From Anthoceros angustus (Eukaryota; Plantae; Anthocerotophyta): a DNA stretch of 64,000 nt. A model generated the notes under the pieces. The model made no database searches and had not been told where the DNA came from. It saw nothing but the letters and a program-made list of their open reading frames with translations. The DNA lies in the NCBI GenBank assembly GCA_010909165.1, contig MU008165.1, positions 1,364,001 to 1,428,000 on the forward strand. Direction: 5' to 3'. Below, in pieces: positions 36,726-49,377 of the stretch. A program made the translations under genes and the position numbers. Numbering within the stretch: the first letter of the stretch is position 1; each line of letters begins with the position of its first letter.

Positions 36726-37383
36726 TATGGAATACCGATCTCGTCAGGAAGCCCTTTAGGGTTTTTTTCCATTGTGACCAAAGAAGTTTTTCGGCCGCAT
36801 ACGGCGGGAAAACTTCGGTGCCACACTTGACGACATCGGTTTTGGCCCCTCGTGTCCCGATCTCGTCACTAAGCATGTGGTGTCCGTGTCGGAATCTTTT
36901 GTGGTTGTGACACACAATGTTTTCGCTTTTAGTGGAGGGCATGGGCCATCGGACATCCATTCGCATGACCCCATCGCCGTCGGTTTGCCATCACGAAACC
37001 GTCACGAGGCTTTATGGAGATAGCGTGAGGAGGGCACAGGACTGTATGCACGCCTTTCGCAGCATGTGCCCTTGTGCCCGGAGTAGCATTATGTACGCCA
37101 ATACATCGTGACCATCCAGGCCGGGGCGCACAAGGGTGGTGGGAAAACCTAAACATGAGTATGTGCGTGCAAACATAAACCCTAAATGGCGAGAAAGAAA
37201 AGTGGATGACAAGATCGAACACCAGGGCCAAGTTCCGAGACAAAAAAACTTTGTGCCGCCTACGGCCCGTCGTCCGGTGATGTGGCGCGTATGTGAGGAA
37301 GGCATGCGCATCTTCCTGTAGAATACCGGAAGAAAAAAACCTGTCACACACACCCGGCTTAGTGACGAGATCGGTATTCCATA
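36726..37383. mobile_element. Non-autonomous TIR element (658 bp, MITE-like)
   Basis: Perfect 21-bp inverted termini TATGGAATACCGATCTCGTCA (36726-36746 / 37363-37383), direct flanks GCTTAG on both sides, and an internal copy of the TIR core at 36857-36874. No ORF of note. Confidence 0.8.
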
Positions 37384-37834
37384 GCTTAGGAGTCTTCAAT
37401 CACACTTACAAGTCTATTGTGTTCTGAAATAATGGATGTTTTTTCCTTTTATTGATTGTTTTAGTAAAAATAATTGAAAATATCATTTAAGGAAATGAAA
37501 TTAACATGAATGTACATATGTTTCAAAAAGTTCCAATTACTATTTAGGAATAAGTCCTATTTTTTACACTATACACTAAAGGGATTAGGATGGGAGGTCC
37601 CATTTAGAGAGGAATCCCATTCATAGAGTTTCCAATTAGGGAGGCCGACTGTATGTGGATCATTCTGATCACCTAGTTATGGCACAATGTGATTTCGAAC
37701 GAAATACGAATGGGTGTACAAGTAACCGTACTGAGAAGTGGGTGTTCTATAAATTTCCAGCCACAAATCGAGTAGGTGGGTTTTTTTCAAAGATACGTTA
37801 GCAGTCAGCTAGTATACAATTTTGGATTCCTGGA

Positions 37835-39970
37835 CTAGACGACCTCCTTCTCCAGTCTCAACACAGCCATGAAGGCATCTTGAGGGACTTCAACCCTTCC
37901 CAGAGATTTCATCCTCTTCTTGCCCTCTGCCTGCTTCTTCAACAGCTTCTTTTTCCTAGTTATATCACCACCATAGCACTTCGCCAAAACATCCTTACGC
38001 ATAGCTGCGATGGCCTCGCTTGCGATGACTTTGGTACCTATGCAAGCTTGGATAGGGATTTTGAACAGCTGTCGAGGAATGAGTTCCTTCAGTTTCTGAG
38101 TCAAGGCTCTGCCCACGTTGTAGGCCTTGTCCTTGTGGACGATGCAGGCCAAAGGGTCCACAATCTCGGCGTTGATGAGGATATCCAGTCTCACCAAGTC
38201 GCTCTCACGGTACCCGATCAGTGAGTACTCCATGCTGGCATAGCCTTTGGACCTGGACTTTAGCTGATCAAAGAAATCTCCCACCATCTCAGCCAGCGGC
38301 AGGTCATAAGTGATGGAGGCCCTGTTCTCCGTCACGTACTTCATCTCTTTGAAAACACCTCGCCTGTCCTGAGCAAGTTCCATGAGAGGACCGATGTACT
38401 CCTTTGGTGTGATCATGTCGATCTTGATGTAGGGTTCCTCAAGCGCCTTTCGCTTTGTGGAATCCGGCAGCATGGAAGGGTTGGAACATTCCGTCACCTC
38501 GCCGTCCGCCAACAAAACTCTGTACACAACACTCGGAGCTGTTGTGATAAGATTTAGGTTGTACTCCCTTTCCAGCCTCTCCTGGACGATCTCCATGTGC
38601 AGCAACCCAAGAAACCCACATCGGAAACCAAACCCCATGGCACTCGACGTTTCCGGCTCGAACTTGAGAGCAGCATCGTTCAGCTGCAGCTTCTCCAACG
38701 CCTCCCGCAATTCCGTGAACTGATCGGCGTCCACCGGGAACAGCCCGCAGAAGACCATGGGTGTCGCTTCTAGGTACCCCGGAAGCGCCTTCTCAGCCTT
38801 CCTGGCTGCGTTAGTGATGGTATCACCAACCCTCGCATCCGCCACTGACCTGATAGAAGCCGCCAGGTAACCCACCTCCCCCGCGTACAGCTCCTTCACC
38901 TGCAACTGCGTGGGAGACAAGACCCCAATCTCATCCACTTGATACTCCTTGCCACTGGCCATGAACTGCACCTTGTCACCTTGCTTCAGGCTGCCGTCAA
39001 CCAGCCTGAAATACACAATCACTCCTCTGTAAGCATCGTAGTAGCTGTCAAAAATGAGAGCCCTCAGAGGCAGCTGTGAGGTATCCTTGGGAGCCGGCAC
39101 CTTCTCCACAATAGCCTCCAGAATATCCTGTATCCCTATCCCTTCCTTGGCGGAGCACAGAATGGCATCCGTGCAATCCAGGCCCACAATGTCCTCAATT
39201 TCCTGCTGCACTCGCTCGGGATCAGCCCCCGGCAAATCAATCTTGTTCAGCACTGGAATAATCTCCAGGTTGTTCTCCATGGCCAGATACACATTGGCCA
39301 GAGTCTGAGCCTCCACCCCCTGCGAAGCATCCACCACTAGCAGAGCCCCCTCACAGGCTGCCAAGGACCGGGAAACCTCATACGAGAAATCCACGTGCCC
39401 GGGCGTGTCGATGAGGTTGAGGCAATAGGCGTGCCCATCCTTGGCTACGTACCGCATTCGAGCAGCCTGCAGCTTAATTGTGATGCCCCGCTCCCTCTCC
39501 AAATCCATGTTGTCCAGAAACTGCTCTTTCATGTCCCGATCCGACACTGTCCCGGTACTCTGCAGAAGCTTGTCCGCCAAAGTGGATTTACCGTGGTCTA
39601 TGTGGGCGATGATGGAGAAGTTCCTGATCCTGGAAATGGGCACCTTGGACAGCCGGTCCTTGCCAGCTTCGATGGCCTTCTGCTGCTGCTGCTGCCGTTC
39701 CTCTTGCACCACCTCCACAGCCTGCGCCCGGCACACAAGCTTAGAAGCCCGCCGCGGGCGGCGCAGCGCAGAAGAGCCCTGCTGCAGCCTTGCCCAGGGC
39801 GAGCTCCTCCTGGGGATGGGCAGGCTCCGGCTGACAGCCAAGGAAGTGCTGCAGGAGCTGGAGTCGCCCTCCAAGCCCCTGCCGCCAATCCTCCTAACGC
39901 CATCGCAGCTCAGGGCTCCTGCCATCACATCCCTCGTCGTCGCCCCGGTGAGGCTTCGGAGAGCCATCAC
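37835..39970 (-). CDS. cpLEPA: Plastid translation factor LepA/EF4 (GUF1-like), single exon, 711 aa with transit peptide
   Basis: [48 protein letters not shown] and the C-terminal [31 protein letters not shown]. Confidence 0.97.
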   Translation of the reverse strand: MMALRSLTGATTRDVMAGALSCDGVRRIGGRGLEGDSSSCSTSLAVSRSLPIPRRSSPWARLQQGSSALRRPRRASKLVCRAQAVEVVQEERQQQQQKAIEAGKDRLSKVPISRIRNFSIIAHIDHGKSTLADKLLQSTGTVSDRDMKEQFLDNMDLERERGITIKLQAARMRYVAKDGHAYCLNLIDTPGHVDFSYEVSRSLAACEGALLVVDASQGVEAQTLANVYLAMENNLEIIPVLNKIDLPGADPERVQQEIEDIVGLDCTDAILCSAKEGIGIQDILEAIVEKVPAPKDTSQLPLRALIFDSYYDAYRGVIVYFRLVDGSLKQGDKVQFMASGKEYQVDEIGVLSPTQLQVKELYAGEVGYLAASIRSVADARVGDTITNAARKAEKALPGYLEATPMVFCGLFPVDADQFTELREALEKLQLNDAALKFEPETSSAMGFGFRCGFLGLLHMEIVQERLEREYNLNLITTAPSVVYRVLLADGEVTECSNPSMLPDSTKRKALEEPYIKIDMITPKEYIGPLMELAQDRRGVFKEMKYVTENRASITYDLPLAEMVGDFFDQLKSRSKGYASMEYSLIGYRESDLVRLDILINAEIVDPLACIVHKDKAYNVGRALTQKLKELIPRQLFKIPIQACIGTKVIASEAIAAMRKDVLAKCYGGDITRKKKLLKKQAEGKKRMKSLGRVEVPQDAFMAVLRLEKEVV

Positions 39971-40322
39971 CTCCGCGCCCGGCCTTCAGACTCCACGGCT
40001 GAGTCACAGCCACAGCTTTTATTACAATTCGGTTCTCCCTTGTTTGGCTGGATATCTAGCAAAGCGAATGCAGAGATAAAAAGATGAACCAGGCAAGAGC
40101 AAGAGTTCCAAAACACTAGGTTGTATGTTTCACTCTCCTGGGATGCCTTGCTTTGCCCTTGAGCTCGTTCAACTTCGGGATCGGGGATCAGCTCCGCCAG
40201 TCTTCGTGTAGGGTTATGCGCCCGGCTCAGCGCTCAGCCCGATTCCCACACATGTACGCATCCTCGAAACCTAGCTAAAGTCTTCAGGGTTTCCGAGTCC
40301 CTCGATGCTTTGTCTTGGCCCA

Positions 40323-42906
40323 TTAGGCTCTTGGGGACGATGACCCGCTTCTGAAGCCGATGCAGGAACTCGCTGTGTCTTCGCCGCTCTCAGCTGCAGT
40401 GCCCCGCACATCATCTGGATACCCTGCAACCTCCGAGCTGGAAGATGCGGTGGCCTTGGCCCGGAAATCATCCGGAGCTGTTGTAATCTCAGAAGTTGCC
40501 TCACCGGTACCCCACAGGCATGCATCATCCGGAGCTAGTGTATTCTCGGAAGTTGCCTCATCGGTGCCGATACCCCATATGCTTACGCCATCCGGAGCTT
40601 CTTTGGGTGTCAGCTCTGCCAGAATTCGTGCAAATGTCTCTGATTGGGCATGATCTGAGAAGGCTATGTCGACACAGGTACTCTCGAAACGTTCCATGAC
40701 TGCTATGCCTTCAGGGCTTCCAGTCACCAAGCGTAGCAGTGTCTTGGCAGCTATTTCCACGACCTTTGCTGAGGGATGAGGCGCTTGAACAATTCTCAGA
40801 AGTCTCGCTATCGCCCTGCACCAACACATATAGGGACGGGAGTCAAGACACGCAGCAGGCCCAGTGTGATTGTGCCTGCTATGAATAGGACAACATTCGA
40901 GCTGTCAGAGGCAAACTTCGATCACTGTTTTCGTACCCGGGCTGTTCGAGAAGCCGCAAATGACACGCTTGGAGATCCTCGAGGTCTGAGATCCTGGCCA
41001 GAGCAAAAACGGCTGCCTCCTGGATCTCTGTTTCTGGAACGCCTGCCAATCCAATCAGACGTCTATATATCTGCAATCAAAGCGCACGGCGTAAGCCTCT
41101 GCCAACCTTGGCCATTGTGTGGCATTGCACGTAACAGGACCTTGGACACAGAAATGCGCACCCGAGGAAGGAGTGGGAGAAGATAGGGATCATAGTCAGC
41201 GTCGGGGTCCATTGCAAAACATCCAAGGAGGTAAGCAGCATACTTTTGCCACTCGTGAACTGGAGACTCCAGTACGTCTACGACGGTCCTAATTGCTTTC
41301 CTGGGCCTAATCTTGACACGAAAGGTAGATTGGTTAGTACCTGCTCGGGCATGATGCACCAATGAACTTAGACTGTACACACTCATACTCCCATCCACAC
41401 CTGCTCAAGGCAACCCAAGGATGGCTTTGACAGCACAACTCTACAATGACAGCCTCACAAACAGCGCTGGGTCAATACTACAGAATTCACGCTTCAGAAT
41501 TTGAAGAACCAGACAGGAACAGAGTTGCAGCAAGCAGTGCCAGTCCTTGTGAGCAGTTACTACTTACGTCATCTGTTCCCCATTAAAAATGTGCGGACGC
41601 AGAGAAGGTGCCAATATCGCCAGAACGTCCAAACAGTTCGTCACCAGCTCCTCGTCCTCTGCCAGTCATGCCAACATCACGTAGTACTTCAGCAAAAAGT
41701 GAATCCAAATACCTAGGCTAGGCAGTGGCCTGTGCACGCAGAAGATAATCTGAACAGCTAGGTTTTCAAGAAATCCACCTTTATCGCGATCCTGCGTGCA
41801 TTCGATAAGAGTATGTACACATCTCTTGTCCTCTGCCATGATCTTTTCATTGACCGGTATGCAGGCTAAATTTCGGATGACGTTAGACGCAGCTGCTGCT
41901 GCCATGTTCTGGAATAACCGGTTGCCCTCATCCAAGTTGAATACTCCGGACTCTTCAATCCACCAAAATTCGGAGTTCGCCATCGGATCCTGAGTCGTCC
42001 TAGCCTTCTCCTTCGAATTCCGAGTATTTCCGCTTTGCAGTACCGTTGCAGACCTGCTCATGGCCATTACGCATTGTAAGTCCTGAGGCTCTCTCTTGCA
42101 GCGTGCGCAATGAAAGCACAAATTCAGTTCAGTTCAATCCAATTCATATTTGCGCAAGAGTTGTTCGATCAATCCAAGTTGGCGCAAGAGTTGTGATCGA
42201 ACGCACGTAGTGCTTTCACACTCCGGTCTAGCCGGCCCCCGGTCACTGTAACAGTGCGACTGCTGATCACCTAGAAGCAACTGTTTAGCCACTTCCACAG
42301 ATCTAACTGCATTCTCACGCCCCGCCTGGATCTTCAATCACAAGACAAAATGTCATCAAATTCCCTCTCGTTCAAATTCACAGCCGAGCCAACTGCACTC
42401 CAAACCTACATCCGAGCAACACCAAGCTGTAAAATGCAATTTGCGCGGACCAGCTGTGTGACTACGTCTGGACGTACCAAAGCTAGAAGCGCTCCAAGAA
42501 GCTCAACTGAAGCGAGGAATGGCGAGTCCGAGTCGGCGGTTTCAAAAGTGTCGCGGTTGAGTTCATTCAAAGCCCCAGCGATTTCCTCCTTGAGACCACT
42601 GTCCAAGGCCAGTATGAGATGCCGGTGATGCTGCGGATCGGGATCGCTCTCTGCTGGTCCTTGCCCTATCTTTGCTGCTCTTGGTGGTCGTCTTCGTCCT
42701 CTCCCTGTCTTTGCTGCTTCTGGTGGTCGTCCGATATTTTTTCCTCGGGATACTTGTGCTGGTCTCGGCGGCCATGGTCCGGATCCTAATGTATTTGCTC
42801 TTGGTAGTCCTTGTGTTCGCTTTCCTGATCGTTGTGGCAATGGTGGTCGTCTGATTGATCTTGGTGCTCGTCCTGGTTGCCCTTGCCATGGATCCGGATG
42901 ACTCAT
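40323..42906 (-). CDS. LFR-like ARM-repeat protein (ARID1/SWI1 C-terminal-like SWI/SNF subunit), divergent
   Basis: HLILALDSGLKEEIAGALNEL, WWIEESGVFNLDE..AAAASNVIRNL..PVNEKIMA, EDEELVTNCLDVL, IYRRLI, AIARLLRIVQAPHP and SETFARILAELT..SIWGI match the motif order of plant LFR. Confidence 0.8.
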
Positions 42907-43344
42907 CTTCAACACCGCAAAATCTCAGAGCTACCGTAAGAACTGCTCGTCCGCTTCTGCAACCGGGCCGAGTGTTGCACGACAAGCAACGATTCAATAA
43001 CTCACGAGAAGAAAAAACGATACCTACCCCACCGAATGCTACTCTGCATATCGCAGGTCAGGAGACTGCGCTGTAACGGCTGGCCTGAGCTCGTCGATCC
43101 AACATCCCAGAGCATCAGATTCTGAGCTAATATTCATATTTTTCTATGACTTTTATATCAGCAATAAATAAAATTAGTACGTTGCGGTCTGAAGCAGATG
43201 GAGAGTGGCCTAAACTAGGATGACCGTGCCTGCAAGCGGGCATGGATCTGTGTTTGGCGAAACGAATAGCCTTTCTTTGCCCTGTGGTGTGGCCATTTTC
43301 GGGGGCGAAAACTTAAGCATCATCGGCTGTTGAGGACGGACCTT

Positions 43345-43545
43345 GTCCAAATAGCTTAGGCCAAACGGACACATATTTATAAGAACGCCGTGATTAAGCA
43401 TCCTGAGCTTGGACCAAGCTCAGTACTTAGATGGGGTGCCTAAAGAGAGTGGATGCCCTTGGTGCAAGTAGCTTAGGCACACCATGGTACAAGTTGTTAA
43501 GTACCAAGTCCCATGACGGAAATCCGTCCTTAGTGGACTTCAATA
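43345..43545 (+). repeat. Dispersed repeat family, copy C
   Basis: tgtccaaatagcttaggccaaa..tttataagaac..ttaagcatcc..acttagatggggtgcct..gcccttggtgcaagtagcttaggcacaccatggtac, shared with copies A and B. Confidence 0.7.
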
Positions 43546-44433
43546 ACATTCTTCTTCTTCTTGTCGTAGAATTTTATCCATAAAAACAGCAAACACCAAA
43601 ATAAGAGTATACTAAGTCAGTCTTACGTCGCGATCCGCAACCACAATGACCGCAACATTGTGGGATTAAATAATTCCTTTTAGATGTCTTTTTAGTTTAA
43701 TAAACTTATCACATATTTATTACCACGCTCCTATCATAGTAGGAAAAATAAATTAAAATACTCCCAAGTTGCTCAATTCTAAACCTTTTTTGCATCTTTT
43801 TCTCTATTATCGCAAAGTGGCATGAACCAATGTTATAGTATGTCCAAGAGTCCTAGTACAGATTAGGTAGTTCAATTAGCAAAATTTATATTGCTAATAA
43901 AAAGAGTGAAAGTATAATAATATACTATCTTAGGTTTTAGTTAGTTAAATTCTAGATCTTTGGATTGATAGTTACCTAAAATGGAGTTAAGTTGTGGGTC
44001 TTCGGGTTGGTAGTTACCTAGATGGGGTTAAGTTGTGGATCTCTATTTCTATGTACACAGTAGCCCAAGGTATAAGTAAAGCTTTTAACTAGTAACAAAA
44101 AGGAAAGAGCTCTTTGTTGTAGTCAAAGAGATTTCCCATCTGTTTTTTAAATAAAGTCTCTACTTTACTTAAAAGAGATAGAAGACAAATAAAAAGGCAT
44201 GTCTTAGGCTTCATTAGCGAAACCAAAAACCGTGAAGCATATAAAAATCATTTGATTTCTTTCTTCTTGTGGCTTTCTGTTAAGTCGTAAAGAGGTCCAA
44301 AACCTTCTTCTATAGCATTCTTCCTTTGTTTGTCTTATTACTTCTTGATAACCTACTAATAGGTGCAACTTTCATTTTAATTAAGTTTTTTTTAGTTTTG
44401 ACTGATTCGTCCTAACTTGTTGACAGGTGCAAG

Positions 44434-45545
44434 ATGGATATTTTTATATTTGTTCTTCTTATCTTGATTGGATACATGTGGCATGAGCATCATCAAAGAT
44501 TACAATTGGCAGCTGGAAAAGAAAATCCAATCCTACACAACAAAGTTGGCTCCTCCAATAAATTAGAAAATGAAGTCGGCTTTTCTAATAAAATTGGTAT
44601 GCATACTTTCTCCTTCCCTTCGTCTGTAGTTAACTTGTATCACCTTAAGATACCACTGGTACATGTAATAACATCTCATCTATGGGAGGTAGGTGAGGTC
44701 AATGAGACTTGAACTACCTCATGGATTGATTTTTTCTCAACTTGATGTAGAGATTAATCTTTGAAGTTTGCAATATACTATTACTTCTATCACTCATTGA
44801 TTTTCTCCTTGTGTGCGGCTAAGCAGTTGAAACGTCACAACTTTACGAGAGGGCAATTCAAACGAGGTCACAACTTTGGGAGAAGCCAATTCAGACGACG
44901 TCACAACTTTGCGAGAAGCCAATTCCGATGACGTCACAACTTTACAAGAAGCCAGTTCAGACAACGTCACAACCTTGCGACGCCGCAATTCAGCCATTAC
45001 ATCCCGCTAGGATCAAATTTCTTTGTAGTTATGGAGGTGAGATTATGTGCAGACTGTCAGATAACAAGCTTCAATACATAGGAGGGGAGACGCGCCTCCT
45101 TCAAGTACCGCGACACATAAAATATGTGAGCTTTATGATAAAAGTGATGAAATTGTGTGGTTTACGATTACCTACATTGAAGTACAAGTTACAAAATGGC
45201 GAGAACGATTGTCTCGTTACATTATCTTGCGATGAAGACGTGTATCACATGACATTGTGTGCTTTATCATTACCCATATTAAAGTACAAGTTACCAAATG
45301 ACGAGTGTCTCATTACGGTATCTTGTGATGAAGACCTACAACACATGTTTAGCGAAGCAGAAAATGAGGAAATTGCATCACACAAGTTGAGACTTTTCCT
45401 CCTAAGAAGTGTAAATGAAAATCTAGAGCTACAGTCTAGGGCTTGTGCACAATCTAAACATCAGTTTCAAGTGGGTGGGAAGGAGAATACCATTGATCAA
45501 GCTCAAGCATTCTATAATCCTTTGTTAGGACACTATCCTTACTAG
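44434..45545 (+). CDS. Two-exon protein (about 293 aa): N-terminal hydrophobic segment, five 11-aa repeats, PB1 domain with internal duplication
   Basis: Exon 44434-44596 (phase-1 donor gtatgc) joins in frame to the exon starting 44827. IKFLCSYGGEIMCRLSDNKLQYIGGETRLL..LKYKL..CLVTLSCDEDVYHM is a plant PB1 signature. Confidence 0.72.
44834..44995 (+). repeat. 33-bp coding minisatellite x5
   Basis: gtcacaac at 44834, 44867, 44900, 44933 and 44966; encodes (T/R)SQL(Y/W/C)(E/K)(K/R)(P/A)(I/V)(Q/P)(T/M). Confidence 0.92.
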
Positions 45546-47588
45546 ATCGCAATATAATAGTTTTTGGGGGGAGTTTTGTGAACAAGTAGGTGATTAAGAA
45601 AAACCTAACCATTTTAAAGGTGTAAAGGAAAATCCAGATCACATCCCTGAGCTTGTGCACAATCTATGCATCATCATATAATAGATGAGAAGTTAGAAGA
45701 ATGATCAAGCTTGGAATTATACCAAGAGGATAGCTATCTTTATAAGATCATAAAATAAATTGTACATTATGCTTATTAGATTGTAAGTATTTAATCAATT
45801 ATTCTTTTTAAAGACTTTTAAAGTTAAAAAGTTTGTAGCTCGGGGTTAGATTATAGCGAGGGTTATTATTGAGGTGAAAAAACGATGGGAAAAGCCCATC
45901 TAGGAGGGGACAACCAGAGGGGACCAGGGTTATTATTGTATGATTCCTCATTAGTACATTTGTTTGTACATAGTCTCACTCTCGATAGAAAAAGCTGAGC
46001 AGGGGGTATCAGCCCACTTACAGCCAAAGAGAGTGTGGAGCAACTTTTGCTGACGGACTAGCCGGGGCATACTTATAACCAAATGTCGATGTAGTACTAG
46101 AGTTCATTCCATAGGGAATGGACTCTTGCTTTTTCTGCCTACGCTCCACAACTTGTGCTTTTTCTGCCTAAGCTCCACGGACTTCATCATGTTGGGTCTG
46201 GCGGCTTTATGGGAAGGTCTGGTGGGTTGCGCCTCTGGTCTGTCGAGTTGCTGAGTGGTACACGCCTAGGTTTCGCGGTTTCTGTTACTATTATTTTTGT
46301 GACTGCTGCTGCATCATTGAAACACCAAAAGGGAACTCCTAGCTACTAGAGATGATGACCAGCCCAGAATGATGACCTCTATCACTTGGACGTAGCCATA
46401 TCCCAAGCCATATCCTCTTCCCTAGCTAGCTGCATGCACACACACCTCTACAAACTCATATTTTTATGGCATGCCCGTTTGGGCCACAATACGTGTTTTT
46501 TACACGTGATTATGCAAGTATTTGTTTTGAGCTTATGGTTTTTTTTTTTCTTGAGACTTATGGTTTTGTTTTTTTTTGTAGGCACTTGCTAGTTAGAATT
46601 TATTTGTAATATTTCTTGAACGCAATTATCAACTTTCGAAAAAGTTGGTTAAAGAATTATGGCTTCCTATCGTTTTTCTCCAAGTCTTGAGAGAACTTTA
46701 TGGGGAAAAAAATTGTTGATTCAAGTTCATTGATAACCCTTTTCAAAGAGTCCTCAACTGGCGCTTTGATATTAATATGCAATAGGTTTGTGACAAAGCA
46801 AATTTTTTTTTTCAGGTGCACAATGCCATTGCTGCGATGGCAGGATGCGGCTGAATTTCTGGATCGAGTAATGCAATCATTGCGAGCTAAGTGGAATATT
46901 TTGCATGAAAGAGTTCAACTTATAAATAGGGAAGTTGCACCCCCAAGATACTTGTTTTCACCTTGAGGGTTCTACTAAGAGGATTATGATCTGCACAAAG
47001 TGGGGATATAAGGTAGATTTTTCAATATTCTTTATTAGGACTGTTTACAGTAACTAGTAGGTTAATGAATTAACATTTGTGCATTTGCGCAGATTCTGAA
47101 TGAAGTGTAACTTTTCATCATCCTACCATTGGCGATTCCACTTGAGAATGGTAGAATAGTAAGAAGAGTGTTATTTTCAGTGAAATTTTTATATTTTGTT
47201 GAATTAAGCCTAACTCTTTAGTGGATGTGATATGTCCTTTAGTTTGCGAAACTATTTTTCCAAGGGGATTGTAAATGGAGTCGAATGTCGGAATTGCACC
47301 CATCATCAAGTACAACAATCGTCAGGAGATTGAGATCTCCGGAGCAAAATGTGGTTGGGTTAAAGTTGGGTTAAAGATGCACTCCCGGTTTTTGACAGCA
47401 TGGCCAGAAAGTGACATAGAATTAATTTCTTCATTGCATAGCAAAAGCTTGGACATGAGACGCTTGTTGTGTGGGGACACATGGAGCTGGCTCAGAGAGA
47501 TTTTATTCAGGTGAAAAAACGATGGGAAAAGCCCATCTAGGAGGGGACAACCAAAGGCTGGCTAGGTATGTCACTTTGGGGCCGGACC

Positions 47589-48102
47589 CAACAATCACAA
47601 CGTGGGCCAGCCTGATAACGAGCTCAGACACCATCAGGAAGGCACAGTGTCCCGGATGCTGCCAGGACTGGCAGTTTCATCCAACCTGAATCCAGATCGA
47701 TATGCACCGTCAATCACACTTGTGCGAGCCGGAAGAAGACGATACAGGCTTCAACGCCTCAACAAACTTCCTGGCTAGAAACGGTTCTGGCTACAACTCA
47801 TTCACCAGCTCACCCTAAACCCTAATACTATACAACATAACAAGAGGAGGGCACAACAATCACAACGTGGGCCAGCCTGATAACGAGCTTAGACACCATC
47901 AGGAAGGCACAGAGTCCCGGATGCTGCCAGGACTGGCATTTCATCCAACCTGAATTCTCGAGATGCACTGTCACTCACACTTGTGTGAGCCAGAAAAAGA
48001 AGATACAGGCTTTAACGCCTCAACAAACTTCCTGGCTAGTAACGGTTCTGGCTACAACTCATTCACCAGCTCACCCTAAAACCTAATACTATACAACCTA
48101 AC
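47589..48102 (+). pseudogene. Two tandem 265-bp units, each holding a deleted fragment of the GH127 last exon
   Basis: gtgggccagcctgataacgagctcag..ccatcaggaaggcacag..tttcatccaacctgaat..caggctt(c/t)aacgcctc matches 22805-23045. Both units share the same internal deletion and end in ccctaaa(c/a)cctaa. Confidence 0.85.
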
Positions 48103-48151
48103 ATCCGCCACCTTGAATGTACAGTGCAGCAAGAAACATAGTATCAAAACT

Positions 48152-48872
48152 TCAAGGACATCTCCCGCCGTCAGCCATGCCTATCAGCCTTTCCTGAATC
48201 CACTGTTTGAGCGTTTCTACATTCCTATTCATGTCATCAATGGTGTCACTCTGTAATGGCATTACGATATCATGAGAGTAGCTGTCTCGAGCTTCCTCCA
48301 ATAACACCTGGAATATCTCACTCTGGATGTTGTTCTCCAGCTTCGCACCCGAGTATCCCCTGCGCACATCCAGACGAGGGTTAAACATTTCGCAGATGCA
48401 TACATAACAAAAACCCCTTAACAGACACTCCAGACAGTGCACCAACCTGCTGGTCAGACGGTCATACAGCACGGTGTTGTTGGTCTGCAGAACTACGACA
48501 AGGTCGAACCATCTTTCAGGGAACAAATCAGAGCCATGGTAATCCACGATGTTGCCTCCTCCTTGCATCCTATCCTCCAGCTCGTCGCAAACCTGAACAT
48601 GCACCCAGAGCTGCTGCCGTGACACTGTTGCCTCCTGAAAACACAGCGAACATGGTTGGCATGGCATAGATGGGCTGTCGTACCAAATCGTCGTTCACAA
48701 CGTAGCAGTCGAGCTCCTCGTCCCATCCCTCGTGCAGTTTTTTTTGGGTGATGAGCTCGCCCACGTTGACGTGATCAAAGCCTGTAGCACTGGCCAACAA
48801 CGAACAGGTAGACGTCTTGCCTGTGCCAGGAGTGCCAGTCACCAACAAGTTGGGCCGCTTCCGCTCATCCAT
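48152..48872 (-). CDS. AK6: Adenylate kinase isoenzyme 6 (AK6/Fap7/hCINAP family), 3 exons
   Basis: [15 protein letters not shown]-loop, [31 protein letters not shown]|[23 protein letters not shown]. Confidence 0.95.
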
Positions 48873-49377
48873 GCTTGCGCCCCGATAGGAAATCTAAGTT
48901 TGCGCAAACAGCAGCTCAGGAAGGAGTTCTCAAGGGCCCGCTGGATTCTTGCCCGTTGTGGCAAGCAGAATTGTAGATAAGGTAGTGCAAGACAAGACAA
49001 CATCAGCAGGAAGCAGAGTTTTCCAGTTCAGGCCGATTGGTGAGCCGACATATATAGACAAAGAAAATACGATTATTAGAGGTCGATCAAAATCGAGATC
49101 GAGATCGAGGGAGGAATTCCACTACGGGGGAGGGATCCAGCGGAACAGAGCCCACGCTGTTGGGCCAGTGAAGCTGCATCTGTTTCGATTGCCCCAACTT
49201 TCGGCAGGGGAGGCTGTTCACGGTGGTACGATCAGATTAGTGATACCATGCTGAGCTTAGACATGAGCAGGATGTTTAGCAAGGAAGCTCAGCTTCCATC
49301 TTTTTATACTGCTAGTTTGAAAGCCAGGAAAGGTCATGTGCAGCTATGCAGCCTGCGGCTATGTACATCACCACTTG

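Noticed and set aside
36867-37364. CACTA...TAGTG as a CACTA element
   Set aside because: The flanks are inverted (cgt/acg), not a 3-bp direct TSD; the words are part of the longer TIR and its internal copy.
37835-39970. LepA as bacterial contamination or recent HGT
   Set aside because: It has an N-terminal transit-peptide-like extension of about 110 aa and plant-type flanks; it is the nuclear-encoded plastid factor.
39395-40087. 230-aa and 212-aa plus-strand ORFs
   Set aside because: Antisense shadows of the GC-rich LepA CDS.
44794-44997. Minus-strand ORF with ELASRKVVTSS repeats
   Set aside because: It is the reverse reading of the 33-bp repeat that is in frame with the plus-strand PB1 gene.
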